The notes beneath the pieces were generated by a model. The model was not told the origin of the DNA, did no database searches, and worked only from the letters and a program-made list of their open reading frames with translations. Of a stretch of 64,000 bases of DNA, positions 11,894-25,524 are shown piece after piece. This DNA is from Octopus sinensis (lineage: Eukaryota). Position numbers and translations under genes: made by a program. The first letter of the stretch is position 1. The number at the start of each line of letters is the position of its first letter. Location of the stretch: contig NC_043011.1 in assembly GCF_006345805.1 (NCBI RefSeq), forward strand, positions 48,744,464-48,808,463, given 5' to 3'.

Positions 11894-12458
11894 TCTCTCT
11901 TTCTCTCTCTCTCTCTCTCTCTTAATATATATATCTGTCTATATGTATATATGTATGAATATATGGTTTTTATTACTTTTTAAGACTCAAACTTCCTGTG
12001 GCCATTATAAACCCTTTGAGACTAATATCAGCAAGGAAGGAAGGAATTCTTGAACTGGAGGCTTGCATTAGAGTGAAATCTACTGAGAGCCCCAAGAACC
12101 AGAGGTTAATTCTACCCCCCATGTATTTCATAACAGGGTTTTCAACTCAGTATTGAAACAGTTCCACTTTGAAATGGCCTGTTTTTTTTCTATTGAGCTG
12201 AAAGTATGAACAGAAAATTTGACTTCAACAGGATCTAAAGTCAGAGCACACACAGTCGAAACATATATAAGTGTGTGGTTATACCTATATTTATAAATAA
12301 AGAAGCATGGACAATTCTACATCTCACCTTGTAGATATTTGCTCAAATTCATTATTTCTTTCCTGCCAACTCATCTGTTTCTAGAATACTTACACTGATT
12401 AGAAGTTGGATTTTAAGAAATTGAATTGTCCAAGCACTCTTACATAAGCAACCTCATG

Positions 12459-12459
<1 letters not shown>

Positions 12460-12527
<68 letters not shown>

Positions 12528-12596
12528 CAGCCAGCCATCTATCTGTCCGTCTGTCTATCTATCTATCAATCTTATTTATCTATCAATTTATCTATC

Positions 12597-12650
<54 letters not shown>

Positions 12651-13105
12651 TAATCTATCTGTCTATCTATCTATTAATCTGTGTGTCTGTCTATCTATTA
12701 ATCTATCTATCTATTAATCTGCCTGTCTGTCTATCTATCTATCTATCTATCCCTCCATTCATTCATCCATCTTTCTATCTGCTCATCTATCTATCCATCC
12801 ATTTATTTATCATCTATCTATATCTATCTCTTTAGGTAGCTATCCAATCATTTGTCTGTCTATCTATCTAGCCATCCATCTACCTATCCATCCATCCAAC
12901 CATCTGTCTATCTACTTCTTTATCCATTTATTCATTCTGTCTACCTAGCTACCTATCTATCTATCTACATATCTCTCTATCTATTTGTCTGTTTATCCAT
13001 CCATCCATCCATCCATCCAACTGCTTATCTTATCCATCTAACCATTTATTTATCTATCTGTCTGTCTGTCTGTCTATTACCATCTGTTTTTCTTTCTATC
13101 CATCC
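12460..13105. repeat. (CTAT)n/(CCAT)n compound microsatellite
   Basis: Direct reading. Confidence 0.9.
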
Positions 13106-13320
13106 TTCACTTGTTCTCCCACCACCGCTTGATAACTAACGATGCTGTGTTTATGTCTCCATAACTTAGCAGTTTAGCAAAAGGGAGCAATAAAATAAGT
13201 ACCAGGCTTTAAAAGAGTTTACTGGGGTCAATTCATTCAACTAGAAAAATTTTTTAAAGCAGTGCCCCCGCATGGTCGCAGTCTAATGACTGAAACAAGT
13301 AAAAAATTAAAGATAAGAAG
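13105..13320 (+). mobile_element. SINE-A 3' half, diverged
   Basis: ccaccgcttgataac...ataagtaccaggc...gactgaaacaagtaaaa. Confidence 0.7.
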
Positions 13321-13732
13321 ATATTACATGATTTCTATTGCTGTGGCTTTTGAATAAAAAGGGTTTTATCTCTCTCTCTCTCTCTCTCCTCCGGATTTAT
13401 ATCAGCATCACTTGAGAGTGTGCTGTTCAAAGAATACTTTGAGAAAATAGAACACTACAAGTAGTTGTGAAACAAAACACTCCCTGACCATTTCCTAAAA
13501 AAATGTTTACTGTCGAGGGATTTCTGCAAATCTGTAAAAGCAAGGCTCAACATTATAACACTTTTCATAGTAACGTTAAAAAAAAAAACTGGATGGCCAT
13601 TGTTTAAAATAGTGTGTGAACTTGATGTGAATGAATGGCGTAACAAACCAGTTTTGTGATGCAATAACAGGTGCAGTCATCCATAGAGGAATTTATAACA
13701 TTTCAGTTTTATTTCGGCGTATTTGTGTGCGA

Positions 13733-13764
<32 letters not shown>

Positions 13765-14411
13765 CAAACAAACAGAAGTATCCAACCTCCAAACTTTGAA
13801 AGAATTTCCTTTTATGTTCTTGTATCAAACATCTTATCTACTTAAGCTTCACAATCATGCAAGTTTGTAAATTGATGTTGATTTTAGTGATGCACCAGAT
13901 GAAAGCAATAAAAATAGTATTATATTGACTAAGTCTTTAGAATACTTTTCAATTGCTCTGTTCAACCTTATATGTGTAAAATAGAAACTTCATATCCATC
14001 TTATCGCATCCAAACATTTTTCTTCCTCTTTTTTTTTCTCTGCCTATTTGAAATAAGATGAATTTTATGTATTTTATTCCTGGTAATAACTCTACGTGTC
14101 TTTGAATCACAGCCACAATAAATTCGTGTTGCTTCTCTATTCTTTCTTCTAGTTTAATGATAACCAACGTTCAGTGATATACATTGGTAAATTTAAATTT
14201 ACTCTCAACATTAAGAGATAATACACAATAAGAGAGCAAATATAGTATGTACAGAGACATCAATGTACTTAGTGTTGGTGGGGGTCATGTTTTACCCAAG
14301 TTGTCATTCCTTTTTGTCATCCTTTATTGTGCCTCACCAAACTTCACCCATACTCTATTTAAACAGGATGCTGTGCAATTTGAACAATTCTATCTTAATT
14401 ATCAATTAATT

Positions 14412-14751
14412 AATTTCGATTTTGGATTTGGTTTGCAAGATTCTTTATATGAGTTCGTGTGTTGAAGCATATTCTGTTGTGTCCGGGGAGAGTCATTTTC
14501 TTTTTGTGCCTTATTACGTAACACACTCACCAGTAAAATTTCCACTTATTTCTTATTTTAATTGTCCTAAAATTTTCGTTGCGTCTTGCAACCTTTTCAA
14601 TAGTTCTAAGAGTCGAAACTATTGAAAAGGTTGCGAGACACAACGAAAAGTTTAGGAAAATAAAAATAAGAAATAAGTGGAAATTTTACCAGTGAGTGTG
14701 TTACATAATAAGGCACAAAAAGAAAATGACTCTCCCCAGACACAACAGAAT
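14412..14751. mobile_element. Fold-back element with about 135-bp inverted arms and a possible left-only extension
   Basis: Arms 14471-14605 and 14617-14751, 11-nt loop; partial copy at 21481-21546. Confidence 0.8.
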
Positions 14752-15559
14752 TAATTGTTTAACAGATAAGCAATTTTCTGCTTTTATATGAATTTTTTTA
14801 TTTCTGTTTTATTTACCAAAACTGATAATCACATTTTTTTTTAAGCAATTTTAACCTTACAGAAATTCACAAACAACCAGAATTTCCATTGTCACTTCCT
14901 TACTGATTTCATTTGGTAAAACTAAAAACTTTATAAAGACCGTTACAATTGATAGTCAGCCAAATTTTACTATCGAATTCTAATTAAAGGATTACAATAG
15001 TTGTTTTAGAAATAATGAAGACCAAGTCATTTGACAAATTCTGTATTAATGCCAGTCTGTCAATAAACTTTTATTCAGTTTAGAAGAAGGACATGATATT
15101 GCTGAAAAATCAAATTTATTGCCAGCAGATTTGCAATTTATAATCAGTTTCATTTACCATTTTTAATCATGGTATACTTTGTTCCAAATAACCATAGTAA
15201 TATTTTTTTGCCAATTCTGTAAGCAGTTATTAGGAATTATTCCAACGTTCATAAAAACAATGCAATAATGGGGCTATTTAAAATCTATTTCAACCAATTA
15301 AATATATTTCTTTTGATCTGCTACAAAAAGGCCCAATATTTTTATAGAGAAATTGATGAAATAAATAGCTTTATCGTTAATTTGCCTATAGACTGAGGCA
15401 GCAGAATAGTTGAGGAATTCGACCATTTGCTAATGATTATATATCTGCTCGAGGCATTTTGTATTTTCTACAAACTGCATGTTGTTCTACACCTCTCATT
15501 TTGCCTGTTTAATGCCAAATCCTTAAACCCTTTTGTAGTCAGAATACTCAATGAAGTTA

Positions 15560-15720
15560 TCATTATCCTTTAATGTCCATTTTCTATGCTGGCATAGGTT
15601 GGACAGTTTGACAGGATCTGGCCAGCCAGGGCCTCTAATTGCCTGTTTTGGCATGGATTTTACAGCTGCATGCCCTTCCTTATGCAAGCCACTTTATAGA
15701 GTGCGCTGTGTGCTTTTTAA
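15560..15720 (-). mobile_element. Family D, degenerate
   Basis: tttaatgtccattttctatgctggcataggttggac...tacagctgcatgcccttcct. Confidence 0.6.
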
Positions 15721-15754
15721 TTCTCATCAGCATAGGTGTATTCACTTAGCCCTG

Positions 15755-16292
15755 GTGTTATGCTTATTTATTCACACTGTCTTGAATTAGTCACACATTA
15801 TCTTTTAACTTGGCTCAGTGGTTAGAGCGTCGAGTTTACGATTGTAAAGTTGTGAGTTCAATTCCCGGCCTGGGCTGCATGTTGTGTTCTTGAACAATAC
15901 ACTTTATTTCACGTTGCTCCAGTTAACTCATCTGTAGAAATGAGTTGCGACATCACTGGTGCCAAGCTGTATTGGCCCCTTTGCTTTTCCCTTGGATAAA
16001 ATCAGTGGTGCGGAGAGGGAAGGCTGGTATGCATGGGCGACTGCTGGCCTTCCATAAACAACCTTGCCCAGACTTGTACCTTGAAGGGTAACTTTGTAGG
16101 TGCAATCCCATGGTCATTCATGACCGAAGAGGGTTTCCCACATCTTTTAACTTTGAACTTTCAATGACATGAGTATTTAATTTTAGAATAATGTTGTAGG
16201 TTATTTCTTAGAGGCCAGATCTGGCCAGTTTCAACATGAAACCGGTAGAATATTTTGGCTGGATATGGTTGGTTTAAAGGCTAAATGATTAA
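15755..16292. mobile_element. Second TTAA-CCC MITE family (degenerate), interrupted by SINE-B
   Basis: Shares gaggccagatctggccagttt and tagaatatttt..ggatatgg..ggtttaaa segments with 42545-42752 and 53658-54182. Confidence 0.6.
15812..16141 (+). mobile_element. SINE-B
   Basis: Nearly full body; 12-bp TSD atcttttaactt (15800-15811 / 16142-16153). Confidence 0.9.
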
Positions 16293-16599
16293 GAATTTTT
16301 CTAACTCTAACTAGACTCTGTCAGTTATCTTGTCTTGCATCAATAATTTTAACCAATCATATAAGCCAAGCCTGTGTTGCCATTTGGCATTTATTTTATT
16401 GATCTCTAACCCTATGCCCCCAACACTCTCTCTGTCTCTGTCTCTCTCATATTCATCTTGTATCTTGAGTATAGGCCCCACTAATTGTCTCCCTCTTCTT
16501 CTCTTTCAAGCTGGGGGAGATATGTATTTGCGCTTCAGCAAGACACCCCTTCTATCTCTATAATATATTTCCACTCCCTTTAATACTACATCCCTCTCA

Positions 16600-17142
16600 C
16601 TGGAGAATCCTTGTCTTCCAAATACTGGGTAAATTTACTAGTATCAGTGTCATGAAAATGGCACCCGTTACGCTCTGTAAAGTGGTTGGCATTAAGAAGT
16701 GTGTCTGGCTGTAGGAACCATGCCAAAGCAGACATTGCAGCCTTGTGCAGTCCTCTAGCTTGTCAGTTCTTGTCAAACGGTCCAACCCATGCCAATCTTG
16801 TCTTTCACAAGAGCGAAAATAAATTAGTAAATGAATAAAGCAATCTGTACATATTATGGCAGCGTTAAATGATGATGATGATGATGATGATAAGTTTTTG
16901 ACAGAAGGATATACATAAAGGGTCTAATGGGATTACCGCCAGACTGGCCCTCATGCCAGTGGCACATAAAACCACCCTCTACACTCTCAGAGTGGTTGGC
17001 ATTAGGAAGGGCATCTAGCTGTAGAAACTCTGCCAGATCAGATTGGAGCCTGGCGCAGCCCTCTGGTTCGCCAGTCCTCAGTCTAATCGTCCAACCCATG
17101 CTAGCATGGAAAGTGAACGTTAAATGATGATGATGATGATGA
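16600..17142 (+). mobile_element. Two family D copies (about 16600-16795 degenerate; 16935-17142)
   Basis: gtggttggcattaggaagggcatc...gttaaatgatgatg. Confidence 0.75.
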
Positions 17143-17729
17143 CACACATACACGCACACACACACACACACAAACAATGCAGAACTGTGGCTGGTTCTTC
17201 TTAACACACGGCCTTGCCAATGGAGTGTGTGCTTTGATGATTCATCTGAACATCGATCATTGAATCATTCAGCCAATCTGCCCATGTTGTGGCTTTCATT
17301 CTAACAATGAACTATAACTCAAACAGCATAGTCAGGGCATTTCCAGAACCTTTCTCATCCTACATCTTATGAAGAAAGAAGCTAAGAGAGTCTTAGGAAA
17401 ACCCATCCAGCTAAATTGGACTAAACTGTATACACTCAAAATGGAAAACAGGTGAATAGATTTGAAATAGCTACCTCCTGCCAAGAATTGAAACCAGATC
17501 TCTAGTTAAGCTCCATAGGAGCTTACCACAATCTGCTACATTGTACTTGTATAGATGCATTCAGGAATTATTAGGATACATTTATTTTTACAGTTTGCCA
17601 ACAACAATTACTTAAATCACCATCAAGTTATAATATGATATTGGCAAATGTCATGTGTGCAGGGGAGCATGGAAATTATATTACTTCTTCTAACAATCAC
17701 ATAATGTGTTTTGTTGGCTTTGTAATTGT

Positions 17730-17741
17730 TCATATATGTAA

Positions 17742-17777
<36 letters not shown>

Positions 17778-17853
17778 TTATATACATATATGTATATATA
17801 TACACACATATGTGTGTGTACATATACACACATATATAGATATGCAAATAAAC

Positions 17854-17896
<43 letters not shown>

Positions 17897-17981
17897 TATA
17901 CTTATATATCTATTTATATATATATATATATTAATAGTAATAGTATGACAACAAAAGAATGAATGAGACCTCAATATTATG

Positions 17982-18032
<51 letters not shown>

Positions 18033-18161
18033 GTATGTATGTATATACACATACACTACATATATATATACAAACATATATATATATACATATATAAATA
18101 AACATAAATATATACATATATATATACACTTATACATACATACATATATATATGCATACAT

Positions 18162-18211
<50 letters not shown>

Positions 18212-18250
18212 TATATATATATGTACACACATATACGTATATTCATGTAT
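17730..18250. repeat. (TA)n/(TACA)n low-complexity block
   Basis: Direct reading. Confidence 0.9.
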
Positions 18251-19113
18251 ATAGACAGAGTGATTATATTTACATTTTCTTAATAAACTTTGCTCAGATA
18301 ATAGTTTGCGTAAACAGAAAAGATAAACCAGTGACTGCATTATGATGATTATTATATTTTCCTACCATCAACAATTTCTTGCCTTCTTTGTTGCTGTCAT
18401 TTTTGTTGTTGCCACTTGTTACAATAGGGTGGCTTCAGTCATATCTGCTTGAGTAGGCCTCGATTGCGGATTAAACAAACCAGACAGTTCATCCAATCAG
18501 CAGTCATTATCTGATCACAAACAAAGGGCTTTCATTAACGAGTCAGTAATTCACAGGCTAAAGATGTAGACTGTGTGGCCCTCTCTCTATTAAATATAGT
18601 TAGATGATTGCTGAAGGAGATTTGTTAGCTATAATAAGCAAATCAAGGGATTGCATAGAATTTACCTGCCAATTTCTTAAACCTCCTATTTCATAGAAGG
18701 TAAAACATTTGTAAGGTATTTGATTGTGCTTTTCAAAGCATCAAGTATCTTGAACCAAAGCCACAGATGCATGCTTACTTTATTTGTGAGTTAAGGCAAC
18801 CAATGATTTCAAGAAATTTTCACTATTGTCCAAGTTTTCCTATGTGGAAGGGTTCATAGTCATCTCCATTTCAGATGAGAATACATGAGATTACACAAGA
18901 CTGAATGGGATTTCAAAATAAATACATAGATCATGGGAGGTAACTTATGAGAATATCATAATTGTTGTCTCTTATGCTTAGCCTTGGATTTTTGAAAGAA
19001 ACTGTATTCCTCTAATTATCTTTTGTGAGAACATTCATGCATGACCATATTTATAAATATATGCATATGTGTGTGTGTGTGTGTGTGCACATACTTTTTT
19101 TTATAAATATCAT

Positions 19114-19284
19114 AGGCGCAGGAGTGGCTGTGTGGTAAGTAGCTTGTTTACCAACCACATGATTCTGGGTTCAGTCCCACTGCGTGGCACCTTGGGCAAG
19201 TGTCTTCTACTATAGCCTCGGGCCGACCAAAGCCTTGTGAGTGGATTTGGTAGACGGAAACTGAAAGAAGCCTGTCGTATATAT

Positions 19285-19322
<38 letters not shown>

Positions 19323-19540
19323 TTGTGTGTCTGTGTTTGTCCCCCTAGCATTGCTTGACAACCGATGCTGGTGTGTTTACGTCCCCGCCACTTAGCGGTT
19401 CGGCAAAAAAGAGACCGATAGAATAAGTACTGGGCTTACAAAGAATAAGTCCCGGGGTCAAGTTGCTCAATTAAAGGCGGTGCTCCAGCATGGCCGCAGT
19501 CAAATGACTGAAACAAGTAAAAGAGAAAGAGAAAGAGAAT
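19114..19540 (+). mobile_element. SINE-A, full-length reference copy (tRNA-derived, CORE-like centre, internal (TA)n(TG)n)
   Basis: A box tggctgtgtggt, B box ggttcagtccc, caccttgggcaagtgtc (CORE-like), tail gactgaaacaagtaaagaga. Confidence 0.9.
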
Positions 19541-19580
19541 ATATATGTAAATATATATTTCTTTTAAAAATCTAGGGGTA

Positions 19581-19630
19581 ATGTGATACATGTGATACAT
19601 GTGATACATGTGATACATGTGATACATGTG
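19581..19630. repeat. 9-bp tandem repeat (ATGTGATAC)x5.5
   Basis: Direct reading. Confidence 0.9.
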
Positions 19631-19943
19631 CTTATTTTGAAATCCTGTTCACTCTCGTGTAACTCATGTATTCTCATCCAAAATGGAGACAAGTACCAAC
19701 ACTTCTATGGGGTACATTTGAACAACAGTGAAGATCTCTTCACGTTAAACCGTTGGTTGCCTTGTTAACCCACAAATAGAAAATATTTATTCACCCATAT
19801 GATGTTAAGTTTTCATTCTCATTGTTTGACATTAGCGTGTATATATGTATGCATATATATATGTGAGTGTGCGTGTGTGTGTGTATATATATATATATAT
19901 GCACATAGGTTAGATGGTTTGGAAGAATTCAGCAAGCTGAGTG

Positions 19944-19988
<45 letters not shown>

Positions 19989-19994
19989 GGATAC

Positions 19995-20202
19995 AGGTAA
20001 GTTCCTGACTTTGAGGAAAAGAAAATTCAGGAGCATCAGTTAGTTATGATTTTATTCAGCATATTCCCCTCTCGGATACACAACACTTATTGTGGCTGTC
20101 CTTAAGTTTTTCTAAGCCTTGTAAAAGAAGCTGGAAGTTTGTACCTCCAGCCAGACCTTTCTCAGCATCCTTAAAACCAAGAACTTTTCAGCACCCACCT
20201 CG

Positions 20203-20204
<2 letters not shown>
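19995..20204. mobile_element. Tc1/mariner-type MITE, left end degraded
   Basis: Right TIR aagaacttttcagcacccacctcgTA; homologous to 36471-36691 and 53422-53626. Confidence 0.75.
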
Positions 20205-20248
<44 letters not shown>

Positions 20249-20947
20249 ATAAGAGTATATATATATATTTAATGCATTGATTTGCGTGTGTATATGTATG
20301 TGTGTACTTGCATATATTTTTATGTTATAGCACAAAGAGTGCTCCCCCCATCTCTCTCTGTCCATATATATATATATCATTGAAAGTCCAAAGAACTTAT
20401 TTCAATCTTCAATCAACAGTGATTGATATATTCCTTAGAAGCCCTTAGGCAGTTCTCTATGTGTCTCAATTCTCCGTCTTCTTCCAATTAGAGCCATATA
20501 AATTTCTTCGTTTTTTTTTTTTTTGTACTTCACATATCAACGAATCTGTTTTTATTTTTAAAGAAATATACTAAAAAAGATTAATAAATATGGCTCAGAA
20601 ATTTTATGCTATCATACCGCATTCACTCGTTTTCTTGTTATAGTAATGTTACTGTATATATCTTATCTTTTCAAAAGAAAATTCTTGATAAATGACATCT
20701 CCCAAAAATCATATTAAATGTAGCTGTTTTAAGATTTTGAATCAAAACACAAAAACTTAGAAGAATATATATTCAGCATTTGATTGACGTTTATTGGAAT
20801 TTGACCTTTTCTTGAATTCATCATCATGTATGAATATAAACATTGTTCTATTGTCTTGTTCTTAATAACTACATTGATTTGTTATGTAAAATACATGAAC
20901 CTTAATATGAATTTATATATTTATATATTTTTTATTTATATTATAAA

Positions 20948-21258
20948 TAGACACAGATGTGGTTGCTGTGTGGTAAGAAGTTTGCTTTTCAACCACATGG
21001 TCCTAGGTTCAGTCCCACTGTATGGCACCTTGAAGTCGATTCTTGTATGAGTTATTGTAATAGCCTGAGGCCAACCACAGCCTTTTCAGTGGATTTGGTA
21101 GAAGGAAACTGAAAAAAAAAACCTCTCATATATGTGTGTATGTGTTTGCATTTGTGTTTGTCCCCCCACCACTACTCAACAACTGGTGTTGGTGTGTTTA
21201 CATCTCTGTAACTTAGTGGTTTGGCAAAACAGACCGACAGAATAAGTACCAGTCTTAT
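20948..21258 (+). mobile_element. SINE-A, diverged
   Basis: Alignment by eye to 19114 copy. Confidence 0.75.
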
Positions 21259-21957
21259 CAGATCACAAATCAGCTACAGTTGAAAGTGGATACTTTTCTG
21301 AGGCTCAAACTTGTATGGTAATTTACTGTGCACCTAATGGATCTACTTCCACCCATATTTACAAATATATACATATATACAAATATATACAAATATATAC
21401 ATATTCTTTTAAATGGCGGTGCCCCGGCATGGCCACAGCTCGTGAGCTGAAACTAGATAAAATAAAATAAAATATATATACTGTTGTGTCTGGGGAGAGT
21501 AATTTTCTTTTTGTGCCTTGTAATTTAACACACTCACCGGTAAAATGTACGTATGTACGTGTGTATGCGTGTGCATGTATGTATATATGTGTGCGTATGC
21601 ATATGTATATATGTATGTATGTGAGTGCATCTGTATGCATGCATGCATTGGCATACACACACACTGACCCACACACATGCGCACAAACAAACAAAAAGGA
21701 ATGCAGTGTAAATAACGGAGAGAGTCAAGACAAAATTTCTTAAGAAAAAGTACATTTCAAATAAGTAAAACTTAATATCATGAATAACGATAGCAAAACC
21801 GGTCGATATATTAAAAATTATATTAAAACTATGTAAGTGTGCATATTTTCCTTTTTTAATTTCTTATATACATTACAACTCACCATGTGGGGATAATCGA
21901 AATTCCTCTTTTCTGTTACTACTACTACTACTATATATATATATATATATATATATG

Positions 21958-22100
21958 GTCCAACTCCAGTACACAACTGGTACTTAATTTATCAACCCCA
22001 AAAAGATGAAAAGCAAAGTCAACCTCAACAGAATTTGAACTCAGAACATAAAGACAGATGAAATATCGCTAAGCATTTCACCCAGCCAGCTAATGTTTCT
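21958..22100 (-). mobile_element. SINE-C fragment
   Basis: ctggtacttaatttatcaacccc..gatgaaaagcaaagtcaacctc..gaatttgaactcag. Confidence 0.75.
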
Positions 22101-22534
22101 CTCTCTCCATCACACTCTAACCTTTCATCATCCGAGAAAAGATCACCTCTTCCAGTGTCCTTTCCCCTCTCGAAGAATCCTTGTCTTGCAAAGTTACTTG
22201 GTGATCCTGCCAGCACATGTGCCGCTTAAAACACCCAGTGAACACTGTAAAGTGGTTGGTATTTGGAAGGGCATCCAGCTGTAAAAAACATTGCCAAACT
22301 GACCTTGCCTGTGTTGGCACCATGTAAAAAGCACTTAGCCCACTCTACAGATTGGTTGATGTATGTACACATGTATACATATATATACATGTACACATAT
22401 GTACACATATATATGTGTTCACATATGTACATATACATATATACACATATATGTATACATATATATATATATACATATATATATACATACATATACACAC
22501 ACACAAATGAACAACATATATATGTATTTTATAA

Positions 22535-22802
22535 TTTATATTGCCCACAGGAGGCTAAACATAGAGGGGACAAATAAGGACAGACAAAGGAATTAAGTTG
22601 AGTACATCGACTCCAGTGAGTAACTGGTACTTATTTAAGCGACCCTGAAAAGATGAAAGGCTAAGTCGGCCTCAGTGGAAATTAAACTCAGAACGTAACA
22701 GCAGACTAAAAACTGCTGAGAATTTCACCCAGCATGCTAACATTTCTGCCAGCTCACACCTTCCCTGCCAGCTCTCTGGCTTTTCTGCCAGCTTGCCACC
22801 TT
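22535..22802 (-). mobile_element. SINE-C (tail type 1)
   Basis: Full body; 5' end ctgccagct repeated three times. Confidence 0.8.
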
Positions 22803-23339
22803 ATGCACACACACACACATATATATATTGAATACTATGCCAGTATAGTTGGAATCAACAAAGAGAATCATACTCTATCCAGTGATATCATTTAATATAC
22901 ACAGGATTTAAATGTGAAATGTATACTATCGGTTTCATTCTCTGATATTACGATATTACAATTATTGGATAAAGTTGTATGGCCTGATATAATACCATTG
23001 TGTAATCTTTCAGCATCATATTACACAGTATGCCATTCAACCTTGTTTGACTATTGTACTGTGAGAGCATGAAACTTATGGCTGCTCACATTTAAATCCT
23101 GTCTATGTTAAGTGATTAGTGAGCATCTGCATGTATAGTTACCTTCTTCGTCTGCTATTCTTGCCCATCCTCTGCCATCTATTCTTTCATTCTTTCATAC
23201 TACTAAAGCCCCATTTTCTGTGGAGAACTAGGAACAGTTTAAAATCTATCTACCTGCTTCAAATCGGCTTCATCATCCTTTGTTAAAGTATTTTCATCTG
23301 CTTTCCACAAAATCTCTCCTGCTTTCTTGCTTTCTCTTA

Positions 23340-23341
23340 CA

Positions 23342-23372
<31 letters not shown>

Positions 23373-23530
23373 TAATAATAATAATAATAATAATGATAAT
23401 AATGATAATATAATAATAATAGTAGCAACATCAAAACAATAATAATGAAAACAAATAATACATTGAATTTTCATTATTACTGTTATTATTAGTAATATTA
23501 TTACCATTATTGTAATTATTATTGTTATTT
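23340..23530. repeat. (AAT)n followed by (ATT)-rich tract
   Basis: Direct reading. Confidence 0.8.
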
Positions 23531-23779
23531 TAATGAAAGCTAGGGATAAAAGATCTAAGAGGATGGAATAAAAGGGTCATATCTAATATGCAGATATTTT
23601 CTTTTATTACACTTTATTGTATTTACATTTTATCACATATTCAATCAAAACTTGTCTTTGAAACATTTTATCATTAATATTTTTATTACCATTGTTGCTA
23701 TTAATATTATTACTACTGCTATATGTTTACACAGCCTTTGGATATTTTTTTGTTTTTTATTATGAACAAAGGCATAATG

Positions 23780-23901
23780 TGTTTGTACACACACACCTCA
23801 CATACACACAAACACACACACAATTACGCATACACACACATTATATGTATACATGTAAACACAAATATGCGCTCATATATATACACACATATATATATGT
23901 G

Positions 23902-23943
<42 letters not shown>

Positions 23944-24091
23944 TTTACATAAATATGTGTTTATATATATATATATGTCTTTACATAAATATGTGTTTAT
24001 ATATATATATATATGTATATATCTATATTTATATATATGCCTTTACATATATATATATATATATATAATATATATATATATATGTCTTTAC

Positions 24092-24162
<71 letters not shown>

Positions 24163-24230
24163 TATATATGTCTTTACATATATATGTACGTATATACATT
24201 ATACATATATGCACATATATACACCTTTAT
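23780..24230. repeat. (CA)/(TA) block with recurring gtctttacat unit
   Basis: Direct reading. Confidence 0.85.
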
Positions 24231-24380
24231 AAATATAAAAGTCCAGTGCATGCCTGTATAGAAAGATGGAATGAAATGGTGATGGCATAATGTACATGTG
24301 ACATGACTTGGCTTCTTTGATTCAGACTTGACACACCCAACTGAGAACAATACACCTACCAGCCAAATTGTGCCCCTTGA

Positions 24381-24381
24381 A

Positions 24382-24418
<37 letters not shown>

Positions 24419-24451
24419 TAATAATAATAATAATAAAAAATAATAATAAAA

Positions 24452-24517
<66 letters not shown>

Positions 24518-24549
24518 TAATAATAATAATAATGAAAATGATAATAATA

Positions 24550-24582
<33 letters not shown>

Positions 24583-24663
24583 TTGACAATGATGACAATG
24601 ATGACGATGATGATGATGAGGATGTTGATGATGATGATGATGATAACTATGATGAGGATGTTG

Positions 24664-24695
<32 letters not shown>

Positions 24696-24951
24696 AACTA
24701 TGATGAGGTTGTTGAGGATGATGATGATGATAACTATGATGAGGATGTTGATGATGATGATGATGATAACTATGATGAGGATGTTGAGGATGATGATGAT
24801 GATGATAACTATGATGAGGATGTGGAGAATGATGATGATGATAATAACTATGATGAGGATGTTGAGGATGATGATGATGAGGAGGAGGATAATGATGTCG
24901 ATGACAAGGAGGAGCAGGATGATGATGATGATGTTGATGATGGGGATGAGA

Positions 24952-24991
<40 letters not shown>

Positions 24992-25179
24992 CGACGATGA
25001 TGATGACGATGATGACGACAATACTAATGAAATGTTATTGTTTTTTAAGGTAAAGGTGAGATCACAGAGGGAAAGAGAGAAAAAGATGGACAGGGGATGG
25101 AAGGAGAGGGGAAAAAATTTTAAGAATAAACAAAATGAGATACAAAACAATAAAATGTAAAATATTGCCAATAATAATG

Positions 25180-25230
<51 letters not shown>

Positions 25231-25255
25231 TAATAATAATAATAATAACAATAAC

Positions 25256-25323
<68 letters not shown>

Positions 25324-25350
25324 TAATAATATTGATAATAATAATAATAA
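24381..25350. repeat. Compound (AAT)n-(GAT)n-(AAT)n with higher-order unit gataactatgatgaggatgttg
   Basis: Direct reading. Confidence 0.9.
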
Positions 25351-25524
25351 TGAAGGATTTGAAGAATGAGAGCGAAAAGAAATAGCCCAAATCAAAACCT
25401 TCTACTTCCTGATAAATCAATAATGGTCATGCTATAAAGGAATATAAATAGGGGTACTAGATTTCCCCAGCATCCACACTCACCCCTGTTTGAAGAAGAT
25501 CAGTTATGTGACAGGGGTAAGCTG

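Noticed and set aside
17277-17345. C2H2-like peptide ICPCCGFHSNNEL*LKQH
   Set aside because: Contains a stop, lacks the second His in frame, is a single finger and has no supporting ORF.
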